64,000 nucleotides of DNA from Azolla caroliniana. Taxonomy: Eukaryota > Plantae > Polypodiophyta. Positions within the stretch are counted from its first letter, which is position 1. Every line of letters starts with the position of its first letter. This document shows positions 27,237 to 40,405 of this stretch, piece by piece. The notes beneath the pieces were generated by a model. The model was given only the letters and a program-made list of their open reading frames with translations, did no database searches and had not been told where the DNA came from. Location: NCBI GenBank assembly GCA_043228905.1, contig JBHGNT010000018.1:9176001-9240000 (forward strand). Reading direction: 5' to 3'. Both the position numbers and the translations under genes were made by a program.

Positions 27237-27369
27237 GCTCACAGATGAAAGGAAGCGTGAAGACAAAGGGGGGACAGAGAGAAGAGAGAAGAAAGATACA
27301 GAGACAGACAGAGACAGAGAAACAGAGAATGAAGGAAGGATCAAGCTCTTGGCACTGCACTTGCTCTCC

Positions 27370-27493
27370 TCTGCTTCTTCTTCTTCTTCTTCTTCCTTCT
27401 GCTTCTTTTTCTGATGAAGAAGAAAACGACGGCGATGAAGAAGAAGAAGAAGAAGGAAAGGATCTTTTCTGTCTTTTACCTTTTGCTGAAGGA

Positions 27494-27524
<31 letters not shown>

Positions 27525-27965
27525 TCTCTCTCTCTCTCTCTCTCCAACGAAGAAGGAGAGAGAGACTCTCACGGTTCACACGTTATATAACAAACACACA
27601 CACACACACAAAACCCACCCACCCACCACCATCTTCTTCTTCCTCATTCTTGTCGGCCGCCCGCCCGCGTGCCCATCAAAACCCGACTCACTCACCCATA
27701 CAAATGAAACAACACATTCTTGTCGCCACACCGCTTTGCCCATCGCCTATCCGTTTGTCTACCCGCCCCCCCCCCCCCCACCCATCCCATCTGTTGTGAC
27801 CCCCTTCTAATCTGTGAATAATCCTCTTCAGTGCTCCTCGGACAAGTGGTGTGCATAGATAGAGGCACACAGCACGAGGTCCACTCATCCGTCGACTCTC
27901 TACGCCTCTTCCTCTCCCACCCCACAATACTCTCTCTCTTCTCTCTCTCTCTCTCTCTCTCTCGA
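27370..27965. repeat. Microsatellite-rich reticulon 5'UTR/promoter: (CTT)n, (GT)n, (CT)n, poly-C
   Basis: Seen directly in the sequence. Confidence 0.85.
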
Positions 27966-29835
27966 TTGCGACTTTGTTCATTAGTAAAACCCCTCAAACA
28001 TCACACTCAGTTTCTACCCAAACCCTTATCTATGCGTACTAGCATGAGAATATGTGTTACTTTTGGTCATAGACTATAGTTTACCTTAAAAAGGACAATA
28101 CTAAATATATACCCATATACATATCTCTAATCCATATCACATGTAAATCTTGGTCATCCAAACATTTGTTTCTACATTCAATGGTATATGTGTGTTCCTT
28201 CCACTTGTTAAGATTCATTGACTTGTGTCATGGTGGTTGTTGCTCTATAGTTGTGGCTATGGAGGGTGAGGAAAAGCGAGGTGTGTGTGTGTGTGTGTGT
28301 GTGTGGGTGTGTGTGTGGAACGACTCATTCCATCCTTGATGATATGTGTATCAAGTTTTTTAGGATTTTGGGTTCCATCGTTGACATGTTTCGATATGTG
28401 TGTGTGGTTGTCCTAGGACCTAAACATTGGTTTGAGTGGGAGCATTAGAAAGTATGTCATGGAAATGCTTAATTGTGTATTGAGAGGGGGCTCTCTTTCA
28501 TGAGAACCTTTTGGCACAAGGGTGGTTGTCCCCCAAAATTATTAAGGTGAGGAGGAGAATTATCTTCCATGGAGATGATCAATCATGTCCTAGATGTGTT
28601 AGGTATACATAGTTTGTGTCATATTCCGATTCAAACATCTAGTGGATAATCAACTAGACAAAGGGGCGGAAAGATTCTTGTGTGATGACTATGGATTCAT
28701 TGGTACATCCACGGTTGCTTGGGGGTCAATGTTGAGAGTTTTGGTTTCTTGGCATATAAAAAAGAACCTTGAAGCAATGATGATGTGTGTGTTGACCCTT
28801 GCACTTGTCATCACTTTTTACGCACTATAAGTCAAGGAATTATTCTAGAAAAAAATTGATAATGATGATGGCTCGTGAAAGTGCAATTCAACATTGACTA
28901 CAAGCTAGTTGATCAAGGGTTCCAAGATGGATTTAAGTGATGGACGGAACAAGAGTCAAAATGCCGATGATGATTGACTAGGCAAGGCTTGAAAATGTTG
29001 ATGACGGTGGCAATTGTTGACTCAGTCCTAAAAAATATCACTAAATAATTTTTTGTGCAAAACAAGTGTTGTGATATTAGAGGTTTGGTGGTGATAACAA
29101 TTGGTTCGTTGGATATCACTAAATGAGTCATTCAATATATTAAATGATGAAATGTGTATTCATAGTTTCCTTCAAGATTAGGGTGGTTTTGGCACGTTGT
29201 TGACTATAAGATAAGTCATTTGCTTTTTCCATGTCCATTGAGAGCCATTACTTAATATGCAAAGTGCAAATGCCCGTGCACTCATAAGGTTTACAACCTT
29301 GTTTTATGGAAAATTCAAGATGATTGATAGGTGCCCTCCATGTATGTATGAGAAACCCCCCTCATTCAATAAATAGCAATAACACATGTGGGCAAACAAG
29401 ATGAGCCTGCATGCCACTTTTCACATAAATAGATTATGAGTCAAAACCATATTTCACAAAATATATTGATAAACTCATTTATATTCAAAAACTATATGTT
29501 GATCCCTGTATTTATTACCACTAAATTGTTAATTGATGTATGCAACAAACAATGTCAAGGGTTTGTCGTAAACAAGAAATTGTAACTAGTGGACAAGAGT
29601 TAAGACATGTGGTGCAACTTGATTTGCATTTGGTAGACAATTTTGGCTTGTTCATGAACATTTCCCAAGATCCTCAATTTTGGTTGCATTGATTGTTTGT
29701 GTTTGAGGCCATAAATTTTGTAAGTGGTAGAAGTACCATGTGGTTAGTTATAATGTTAAGGGTTTGGTTGTAATGGCTATTTATGGGGTCCTTAAAATGT
29801 ATATATTGTCAAAAGTGTGTGAGAGACAAGTTGTT

Positions 29836-30110
29836 TTTTTTTTTCCCAAAATGAAGCTACTTTCCCATTAGTTAGGAAGGATTATTACATAGAGAGTCTA
29901 CAAGGAGACTTATACACACATCGGGGAGTCTTCCTCCGATCAAGTAAAAGAAGATGAGCCTACTTACAATGCCTTGCGGCCTAACGTAATGTAAGAAGCT
30001 ACCTATATCTAAGGCGATGTCCTTCAATGTTGCCTAGTACGAGTCGGCTCTTGGGGCCTACAACGAAGAGAGGGTGGCAGGTGAGTAGGAAACAACCAAC
30101 ATGGGGGCTG
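29836..30110 (-). mobile_element. Short poly(A)-tailed non-LTR insertion (5'-truncated LINE or SINE)
   Basis: 19-bp TSD GTGTGAGAGACAAGTTGTT at 29817-29835 and 30111-30129; T-tract at the left end. Confidence 0.8.
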
Positions 30111-31334
30111 GTGTGAGAGACAAGTTGTTAGTAGTGTTGAGCAAACTTTGACCCCAGACTTGATATTTTTTGCTTCTCATTAACCCAACCAGATTTTCAA
30201 AATTATTATTGCCCATTTTCCTAGGAGTCTACATGCTCTTTGGAACAACAAGAAATTAAAATTTCTTATTTAAACAATTCTGCTTACTAAAATTTCACAA
30301 TTGAAGCATAAGATGACCAATCACAGAACATATATGTATAGCTAAATCACCGTGTAAGAGAGAATGAAAATTCATATTAGGAAATTTTGAAACATATTTG
30401 ATAAAGTTACACAATTTTTAGAGGGTAACTAACTATAGACATAAAAAGGCATATACTCATTATCTATCAAGAGCATGCAAGGAATGATGAAATGATGGAA
30501 TTATATTAAGTGGAATAATGATTGTAATACTTATGACGATTGTTTATACAAAACTTAGCTTTAAGCCATATTTTGTACTAATCACAAATGTGTCCTTTCA
30601 TGAAGAGACACCTCTTCATGTTTGTGTCTTTTCACATTGTGCAACTACAAGAGTTGCATCGTTTATTAATTAGTAATTAATTAATTAATGTTCAAAATTT
30701 AAATAGATGGCTACTCACTTCATCATTGAGCTCAAAATATTTGTAACATGTTGCTTTCTACATCATTCTTATGCACCATAGCTTTGGAGAGACCATATAA
30801 ATTTCTATTAATGCTTCATGGGACGTTTGGCTCATTTATTTGGTAGAGGTTGTGATTTGTTTTGGTATTGGTAGACCTTTAACTATTTTTGCAAACATCA
30901 TGTTAGATTTAAAACCAAGATTTGGGCAAATTCATGGAAATGCAATTTCAAAGAGCAAGTGATTTCTAAGAGTGAGGAGAAGAATTTCTGTACAAATTTG
31001 AATACTCAATGAAACATAACTAGTAAAAACATGCAATAATAAAAAAGTACTAAAAGCATAAGGTAGGTAAGCATAATGTATGCGTGTATCTCAAATTGAT
31101 AAAAGGCCCCTTCTCTTGATGACTAGAGTGGACATCCAACAATAACATCTCAAAACAATATTGAAATTCATCTTATCATTATTGCAAAACTTCAGAATAT
31201 GAAATAAATGCTCAAGTTGTAATAACAAACAATCAACCAATGATTAAAAACAAGACACAAAGAACTTGTTACTAAACTAGAATTTTGATTACTTCTTTGG
31301 TGTTGATGTGACAAAAATTGTACATGACAAAAAT

Positions 31335-32930
31335 GGATGATGTTAAAGGATGTTGAAGCAAGCAGTTCTAGGGAGTGACAGGGAGGCTAGATTATGTTTC
31401 AATTATTTTTCAAAATTGGGGAGTGGTTTTCTCATTTTTTTGGGAAGGATGATTGGAGTCAAATTGTCAAAAGGTATTGTACTAGGATGTATACATTTGG
31501 TTGCAGGTCTTATGTATTGCTAACCATGAGCAGGTTGAATGTGGAAAATAGAAAGACTATCTTAAGATGCAACTATTTTGTGTACGTTGAAAATGGCAAA
31601 ATAGAAGATTGGTTTGGCTTTGCTTGGGGAAGCCATCCTTATGGGAAAATCTTTGTACTGTGGGGCGGAGATGAATGATGTTAAAGGATGTTGAAAAAGT
31701 TCTTGGGAGTGACAAGGAGATAGATTATGTTTCATTTACTTTTCAAATTTGGGGAGTGGTTTTCTCATTTTTCTGGGGAGGATGAGTGGAGACAATTGGT
31801 AGCACGTTGTAGGTGTAGCTAACTATGAACATGTTGAAGAAGGTTGGTGTTTCAAGAAAGTAATGGAAGACGCTAGAAGGTTGCCATATGACCCTCATCT
31901 TGTGTGTTTTACCTATGAGGAAAGAGGGACTTCCGGCTCGGGTTATGGCTTCTAAGAATGCATTAATTTCAGGATATTACTAGTATAGATTTGACCATGT
32001 AGCATTGAATCTTGTTGAACAAATGCAAAATGATGTTTTTACTTTTGTTCGATGTAAAGTCGGGTGGCATTGTAGGAGTGGTTAACAGGCATAGAAACTT
32101 GCAATGGAATCATGAGTAACAAGTTGCTAGAAGACAATATTGAGCTTGGAAATGCTTTGTTGGACATATGTTACATCTGGCAAGCTTGAAAAGGAAAAAA
32201 ATAAAAATAAAAACAGTCAATGATATTTAGTTTGAGATGTGGTCTCTTGGATGTACGCTAGGTGTTGATCTTTGTTAGTAACAAGTTGCTAGAAGACAAT
32301 ATTGAGCTTGGAAATGCTTTGTTGGACATATGTTACATCTGGCAAGCTTGAAAAGGAAAAAAATAAAAATAAAAACAGTCAATGATATTCAGTTTGAGAT
32401 GTGGTCTCTTGGATGTACGCTAGGTGTTGATCTTTGTTAGATACACATGATGTATTTCATATTCTTGCAAATAGAGATGTTCTCTTGTGGAATGCATCTA
32501 TTACAGGATAAGTGGAGCATGGCTCAACAAAGATTTTTTGTGGTTTATTTGTGGAGGCACAAGAAATATTTTCAACTTTGATTTCGAGATACAAGGATGT
32601 GTTATGTAGTGATTCTGGCCTTGAGAAGTTTGCCAAGGTGGCTGTGAAAGAGTGATTGACATGCATAGAAAATCACATTGAAATATTATGAGTAAGAGGT
32701 TGTTAGAAGACAATATTGAGCTTGGGAATGCTTTGTTGGACATGTATGCTATATGTGGCAATCTTGAAAAAACACAAAAAACAATCGATGATATTTCAGT
32801 TCGAGATGTAATTGATATTCTTGCAAACAAACATGTTCTCTTGTGAAATGAATCTATTACAAGATATGTTGAGCATGGCTCAACGAGATTGGTAGTGTAA
32901 ATGCGGAGCAATAATTGAAGCCTAAGCACA
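31335..32930 (+). pseudogene. PLS-class PPR gene fragments with internal tandem duplications
   Basis: ELGNALLDMYAICGNLEK..DISVRDV and WNASITG motifs. A duplication of about 161 bp at 32117-32440 and another at 31337/31676. Confidence 0.75.
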
Positions 32931-33049
32931 GTTTGAGAATTTAGTGCTGGTAGAAAGAAATGGGTGAACCTCAGGATGTTCGTGAAAGTAATGCTAATTG
33001 GAAGGATCAAGGTTTTCATTTCCAACAAGGAGTGGATGTGGTAGAACGA

Positions 33050-33555
33050 CGTAATTTGAAGAATGTTTTGCATGTTATGGGTCTCCGAGGTCTTCATTGT
33101 TTGCATGCTATGGCGCATACAAGTGGTTCATTGTCTTCATGCATACGGGGTAGTTTCAAGAGAATGGAGGGAATGTAGAATCGGGTTGGAAGCTTGTTTA
33201 CTCAGGAGATACAAGATGTTGTGAAGCAATGGTTGAAGCTTCGAGTAGACCTACGGTTTTAATACATGACGCAACTTTTGATGATAGCATACATGGTGGG
33301 GCGATCATGAATAATCATAGTACAACAACAGAAGCACTACAAGTTGCAAAATCTTCTAGAGTGTATCAAGTCATTCTCACACATTTCAGTCAATGTAACC
33401 CAAAAATTTCTATTTTCAGTGACAACTATACAAGCCATGCTTGCATTGCATTCGATATGATGTGTAAACTTGGTGGATTTGTCGTTAGTACCAAGGTTAA
33501 TATACTTTTCAAATATGAAATGTTACTGGATGATGATATAGAAATGGTAGCTTGA
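33050..33555 (+). pseudogene. tRNase Z (ELAC2/TRZ-L) C-terminal fragment
   Basis: GWKLVYSGDT, LIHDATF, HSTTTEA and ILTHFSQ motifs, with no introns in this span. An A11 tract lies at 33725-33735. Confidence 0.85.
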
Positions 33556-34709
33556 AATAAAAGCAACTTGGGATTGAAGACAATAGAAGGATATTAAAAC
33601 TTGGGTAGTCATACCTCCATGGCTAGTCATTGGGATAGTCCTTTTTCCTCTTCTTTTTCATCTCTTTTGTAGTTTGTACTTGATAGGTTTTTTTGAAAAC
33701 TAATGGAAGGATATTTTGTTTTGGAAAAAAAAAAATTGTACATGATGAAAACAAGGTGTGACTAGGGCAAGAAAACTAAAAGAATGAAATAGAAACTGTG
33801 AAATGTAAAGTGCGGAAGCTATACGAAACACAGAATACCGACTGAGAAAAATAGGTTTAATGGAGAGCTTAAGACAATGTACACGAGAGAGACAGAGAGC
33901 GAATGAACACGTAGAAAAAACTAAATTCAAAAATAATGTGTAAAACTCTGTACATAGGATGTGCTCAAAGAGCGCTTTTATACAAGTCCATACGGATTGA
34001 TAGAAGTACTGACACATACTTCAATGCTCATAACTGAGCTCCTACACTAACTCCCAAATATATTCCCTCGCGGAATATCTGTTCAACGGCCTCCCGGTTT
34101 TCGCACCTATCCGGCCTCTTATTGCGCACCAGTTTACACTCCGATCCGGCCTAACCGATCGGTCCAAACCGATCCGATTATCGTCTTGCACAACCGATAA
34201 TATGCGTATTCTTCTCATAGAGCGTTAATTTGTAGTTGTTGAACAAAAGATTTCAGTCTGACTGAAATCTTGGAAAAACCTTTTCAAATTATATTCAAAA
34301 ATCTTGAAGTCTTCAAAGACCACGACAGAATTAAAGAACCTCGGGCTTTGATATCAAATGTTGGAGATGAGGTCGTCAATCAGTGGATAACAAATCAACA
34401 CTATAGTGTGAAGAGCATCAATATTGATATACATAAACAATACGAACAAAACGTTTTGCCACGAACACACCAACCATGGACTACGATGGAGCACAAATGA
34501 CGAGGCTACAACCGATGAGGCTACGAATGTGGAACTGGAAGTGACGAGGCTATGAACTCTAGAAGTTGTGAGTGATGAGACTATGAACTTAAGAACCTAG
34601 CATTAATTAGAGAGCATGAAAGCAAATATGAAGATTTAGGAGACGATATGAAATGAAATGAGAACATTAGATTGATGTGTCAATGATTAGTGTTGAACTG
34701 AATGAGTAA

Positions 34710-36454
34710 GAGAATATCCTACGACCTTCTTCTTCATGTATGCTGAATGCAAAATTTACGTGGGCCTAACGATAGGAAGAAGCAAAACTATTGGCATGGG
34801 ATCATAATAATGACAATGATTATCGATAGAAGATGTTCTCCATCGAGTGAATAAGATTCTTCCACCATGAATATTTAGACACCAAACAAAAATTTGGCCT
34901 AAACCCAAGGCTCAGGCGTCAATGTCTTCATGAGGTTGGCATTGTCATGGATGACAATCTAAAGTCTGATGGTCTAAGAAAATATGAGTCTTGGTTTCAA
35001 CTAGCATTCAGAGATGGGGAAGTGTGGGATCTACAAGATCAAATATTTACAATGTGGGAGAATAAGGAGGTCAAGGGACAAAGGCAAAAGAAATCTCGAG
35101 TTGACCCCCACCTAGAACTAAATTTAACAACAACAAAAAAGATCGACCTTACCATTGAAGAAGCAGCCCAGGACATGAAGTTGTCCCAATGGAGAGCGAT
35201 GCAAGGGATTAAAGATGAACAACTACTTGTTTTGGTTTTTTTGTCAAGAGTCGTGGCCAAGGAGTAAAGCTTGGAAGAAATGGTCACAGAGTTCAACAAG
35301 TAAGTTTTATTAGTTCATTAATTCCTAAGTGTTAGGCCTTTGTGAGATATTCAGAGTTGTAATGTGTCTTATTGACATAAGGTATAGATGAAGATCCAAG
35401 AAGTTATGATGAAGCAACTTGGATGCATTACTGGGGAGCAAGTGACCGAAGATTATTTGATGATGTCCTCTTATAAGGTGTTGTCGGAACACTTTATTGC
35501 ATTCAAGGATTGGGTTAGTATTTTTCTTTTACTTGGCATTCTAATATGGTATATATGTTTACAATTTAGGGTGACATTCTTTTTGTTGTACCTATTAGAA
35601 ACCTTCTCGTGGAAAGAAACTAGGATAGGTCAAGCACATACACGACTTTCCAACGTCCTTCCTTGCACATCTAGAAAGAGCTAGGAAAGAAAAGGATCGA
35701 TGCTTAGTGAAGGTGTATAATATTGATGATGATGGAACTTTCAAGAAATTCAGCCACAAAAAGGACATCACTAGAGACTTATACTATAATGTCTTCTGTG
35801 GAGATGTGGCAGAGATGAATCTGAATCTGCCAAAGGACTACAGTTTGCTTATCACAGATTTACCTTATGGTTTTTGCATGGCAAGTTCCTCTTAATTTGA
35901 TAAACCATTCAAGTTTAAACAACTAGAAAAAATGGTAAAAGATTTCACGAAACTGACCACAATGTCCTTGTGGAGAATTGTTGTGTTTCATAGCATGAAC
36001 CAAGGGTACTCTATTGCTCAAGCTATGAGATCTCATTGCCATGGCATCGAGAACCTTGCTTGGTAAGGATTATATATTGTGACCAATTGAATATATTTAT
36101 TTGTCTTTAATTCTTTTGACTTAATTCTGAACTGTATATTTTAGTTCCTTGTGATCGATAGGATAAAAACGATTGTGAATAGAGGACCGACATTTTGGTT
36201 CATGAATGCAATTGAGTACATAACTGTTGGTTATTTCGACGAAATTAAGAAGCAAAGGATCATGGAGCACTCTAATGAAGTTGGAGGTTCAAATCTATTG
36301 GTGCATCCAACAGTTACACGTAAACTGCGACATGTCACTACTATAGAATGGGGACTTGTCAACCCATATCAAAAATCCCAACGACTTATGATGCGCCTTA
36401 TAGAAATGTTTTCTAATGAGGGCAATTGGATATTAGATTTGTTCTCTAGCACAG
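34710..36454 (+). pseudogene. Intron-containing ParB-like + beta-class N6A/N4C DNA methyltransferase gene, decayed and 3'-truncated
   Basis: LLITDLPYG (motif IV, 35857-35868), W/IK, EYI, NPYQKS..L..LIEMFSNEG.WILDLFSSTG (motifs X and I, to 36454). GT donors near 35300, 35514, 36063 and 36455. Upstream IYVGLT.EEAKLLAWDHN. Confidence 0.75.
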
Positions 36455-36539
36455 GTATAATTTAAAACTTGTTGGCTATTCTAACGTAAAGAAACACATT
36501 AGGTTGGCTAACATAACCTTATTTCCACTAAGTTGCCTC

Positions 36540-38724
36540 TCGTGAGCCAATTCCTCTCTTATCTGGTGAATCTGGGGGGAGCTCATTGACCTTGACAATG
36601 AGCGTATAGAGGACCTACAGCTCGCCTAACTAGAGAGGATACCAATGCATAGATACGAGATGGTGGTTATCAAAAGGAAGAAGAGGAAAACGATGTAGAT
36701 TGTGGTGAAGGGGTTTCAACAAAAAAAGGGTGTTAACTTCGATGAAATATTTTCTTCAATCATGAAGATGACATCTATCTGGACTGTATTGAGTATAATT
36801 GCTAGTGTGAATCTAGAGATAGAACAGTTGGATGTAAAAACAACATTTTTGCATGATGATTTAGAAGAAGAAATCTGAGGGTTTTGTGATAAAAGGAAAA
36901 GAGAATCTGGTATGTAGATTGAGGAAGAGCTTGTATGGTTTGAAGCAAGCTCCTCAACAATGGTATAAGAAGTTTGAATCCTTCATACTAGAACATGGAT
37001 TCCACAAAACACAAGCTGATCATTGAGTATTTGTCAAGAGGTATGATGAAAGTGATTTCTTAATTCTCTTACTTTATGTAGATGACATGTTGGTTGTTGG
37101 ACAAGATACTAAGAATATTGCGAGCTTGACGAAAACTCTAAGCAAATCCTTTGCTATGAAGGATTTAGGTTCGACAAAACAAATTTTGGGAATGCACATA
37201 GTCCGAGACAGGACTAAAAATATGTTGTGGCTGTCATAACAGAAATATGTGACAAAAGTATTGCAAAGATTTAATATGTATAATACAAAACCTAGTGGAT
37301 CCGCACTACCGATAAACTGTAAGCTAAATTCTAGTCAATGTCTGAAAAGTGAGAAGGATAAAGCTAAGGTGAGAAGGGCGTCGTATGCCTCAGCTGTTGG
37401 GAGCCTGATGTATGCTATGATTTGCACTAGACCAAACATTGTATTTGTTGTCGGGACAGTCAGTTGATACATGAGCAATTCTGGAAAGGAGCATTGAGCT
37501 GTAGTGAAATGGATACTTAGATACCTGAAAGGCACTTCGAGTGTATGCCTTAGGTATGGTTCCGAGAAACCTATGCTCGAAGGTTTCACAGAATCTGATA
37601 TGTCAGGTGATGTAGATTCCAACCAATCCACATCAAGATATGTGATGAGCTATGCAGGGGGAGTTGTGTCATGGCAATCAAGATTGCAAAAGGCAATGGC
37701 TTTGTCGACCACAAAGGCCAAGTATATGACTGAGGTTGAGGTCTGCAAGGAATTGATTTTGATAAGGCATTTTTTCTAAGTGAACTAGGAATGAAGCAAG
37801 AAAAATTCCTACTTCACTATGATAACCAGAGCGCCATCCACCTTGCCAAGAATGCTACCTATCACTCTCGTACAAAGCACATACAAAGAAGGTATCACTG
37901 GTTACGAGAGAGTAGATGAAAATGAGTTTGTTCTAGTGAAGATCTATATCGATGAAAATGGATTAGATATGCTTACACAGATTTTATCTATGGAAAAACT
38001 CATTGTTTGCCAACTAAAGACAGGTTTGGTCGACTCTCCCATACACGAGTGAAGAGGGAGTTTGTTATGTGTGTGTCCCTCCTGATGGGAGAAGGTTGAA
38101 AGGTTGTAAGTTGGCCAGGAGGCTAGGAGGCCGAATGGCCGGAAATGGTTAGAATGCCAAAAAATATATATAAGTAAATAGTAGTTAGGCTATTATAAGA
38201 TATATAAGTGAATATTAGTTAGGGCTATTATAAGATATATAGAGACAGAAGGGAAAAAAACATCTATGTGTGAGCATAAGGTGAGTGAGATAGAGAATGT
38301 GAGAGAGACAAAGAATGAGAGAGACAGAGAACGAGAGAGATAAGAGACAAGGCAGAGGAGAACACTGCAGAGTTAGGAGACTCTAGTGCTTCTGCGTGTG
38401 CTATCAAGAAGCGTGCATTTGAAGGTCGGATTGTGGTCCCTCACTTCTCCGGGTTTTACCATTTTGGTTTTCTTTACTTTGTTCTCTGTTGTTCTATCCT
38501 TTGAGTGTGATGTAGAGCGTTGTCCAAAGGTTGTGGCCTTTTGAGAGTTTTTTGGTATTTTCCTAGTGATCTTGGGAGTCTGTAACAGATTGTACACTCA
38601 GATCATAGTGAAGTTTTGGTGCCCAAAGGGCTCCCGTGGTTTTTCCCTGTTTTAGGGTTTTCCACATAAATCTTGTCTTTGTTTTTCAGTCATTTGTTTG
38701 TTGTTTTGGATCTTAATCCCATCA
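36540..38724 (+). mobile_element. 5'-truncated Ty1/copia (RT, RNase H, PPT, 3' LTR about 38063-38724)
   Basis: QLDVKTTFLH, LYGLKQAP, LYVDDM, YASAVGSLMYA, VSWQSRLQ. PPT GAAGAGGGAG at 38051-38060. Confidence 0.85.
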
Positions 38725-40090
38725 ATATACCGATATTAACATGTAAAAATCATTACGTTATCCAATTGAAATGTGAAACAAAATAGGGATTCTAGGGATA
38801 CTAGTGGTGTGGGATTTACCTAAAGTGCTTGAATGGTGTGAGTAGTGTGCAAGCCATTAGTAGTCTCTAAGAGGCATTAGATCAATGTCAATAAGTACAA
38901 TACAACAGTCTAATTTTAATTGATTAAGTCAATGATAAAAGTATATAGTCTACACAAACATAAGCATGAACCTAAAGTATCAAAGAAGTCCTTGTCAATA
39001 AGTATAGATATTTATCGTCAACTTTATGAAATAAATGCTACCATATCATTACTAGCACCAAAATTATATATATCAATTTCAACATTAGAACGGCTAGGAG
39101 TTTAGGGTTAATGTAACCCAAGTAGGTGTCAATTGGTCTTTGTATGCGTGTTCATATGTGGGAACGTCATTTCACAGAGAGAAAGATCAGTCCCACTCTA
39201 GAAGATATAGTTGCCAATCGAGAGGAAGCTAGAAATATGATGCAAATTAACATAAAAAATATACCCTAGTAACAAATACAGGACAAAACCAAGCTAGATC
39301 ACCCTCTTAGCTTGAACACAACATGGAACATACACTTATCAGGCACTCTTTGTGCGAACAGCATCAATTGGACACCTATTAAGAATGATTTTGCCAAAGT
39401 ACCAAAAAGGTTTCACATTGTGAAGGAGTAACCAAAAAGGTCACATTGGGGACCTTGCCCACAAATGGCTCATTGGGTTTTCCAGACATATAATTCCATA
39501 GGCTATTTCAAAGTACAAATTATCTCTCAATTGTATGAAATTTTGGAGATTGCAGACAATTTGCATATAATATACCATGAAATTTTCGATAAACCAGCTT
39601 GCACTGACTTTATTTCTATGCAAGCATTCACTTACACCTTCTTTGTTTGATAAGCTCTACAACTACTTCACAATCAATTGAACAGCTCTCAAATCTTGTT
39701 GAAGAACATTATAGCAACTTACTTGTTTACACAGCATACAACTGGCATTAAATTGTGAGTTTTCATCTCATCCTGAGATCTCCTACTTGCAGCATATATG
39801 ATTACAAAGAAAAACTGAAGATAGATTTAGGTATGTGGACAAATATACAGGGTTACATCAGATTGTATGTAAATTTATTACATTTAATATTTCCGGCATC
39901 GTATTCTCTGTTGATGATGGCGAAGATATGGATGCTTCCTTCAGGGTATGCTACCTTTAGCGTTTTCCTTTTTGCTTAATTATCACAAGATTATTTTTTA
40001 CATACATTCTAGAAAGGGAAGAATGAAGAAGAAGAAGAAGAAGAAGGAAAAAGAAATGGAAGTTATTCATGATCTCTGATTTTTTTTCAC

Positions 40091-40405
40091 TTACTTGTGT
40101 GACCTTCTGAAGCCAAAGCATATGCTTCTGAAGAAACCACATCCACTGACAGAGAATCCACTTCTTTTTCTTCGTCTTCTTCTGCCAGAATCTTCTTCTT
40201 CTTCTTCGCCATCGCCTTCTTCTTCTTCTTCTTCTTCATTCTCTTCTATGCAGGAAAGGGACCCTTTTGAGTAGCTATTACGGTTTCCTCCCGATTTCCG
40301 ATTCTTCTGCTTCTTCGGGTGCTGATGAGGGTCCTGGTACTTCTTAGGAACAAGGAGTGTAGTAGCCGCGTCGATCTGGCCCAGAAGATAATACTCAGGA
40401 ACCAT
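40091..40405 (-). CDS. Candidate small uncharacterised protein or first exon (104 aa; basic and acidic tracts, Cys/Phe-rich C-terminus)
   Basis: Open frame from ATG at 40405 in non-TE sequence, though partly microsatellite-derived. The stop overlaps a possible AA|GTAAGT donor. Confidence 0.4.
   Translation of the reverse strand: MVPEYYLLGQIDAATTLLVPKKYQDPHQHPKKQKNRKSGGNRNSYSKGSLSCIEENEEEEEEEGDGEEEEEDSGRRRRRKRSGFSVSGCGFFRSICFGFRRSHK

Noticed and set aside
27245-28079. Multiple overlapping ORFs upstream of the reticulon
   Set aside because: They are artefacts of (GA)n, (GT)n and (CTT)n repeats.
28300-29800. Transposase remnant
   Set aside because: It looks like decayed coding sequence, but I recognised no diagnostic motif.
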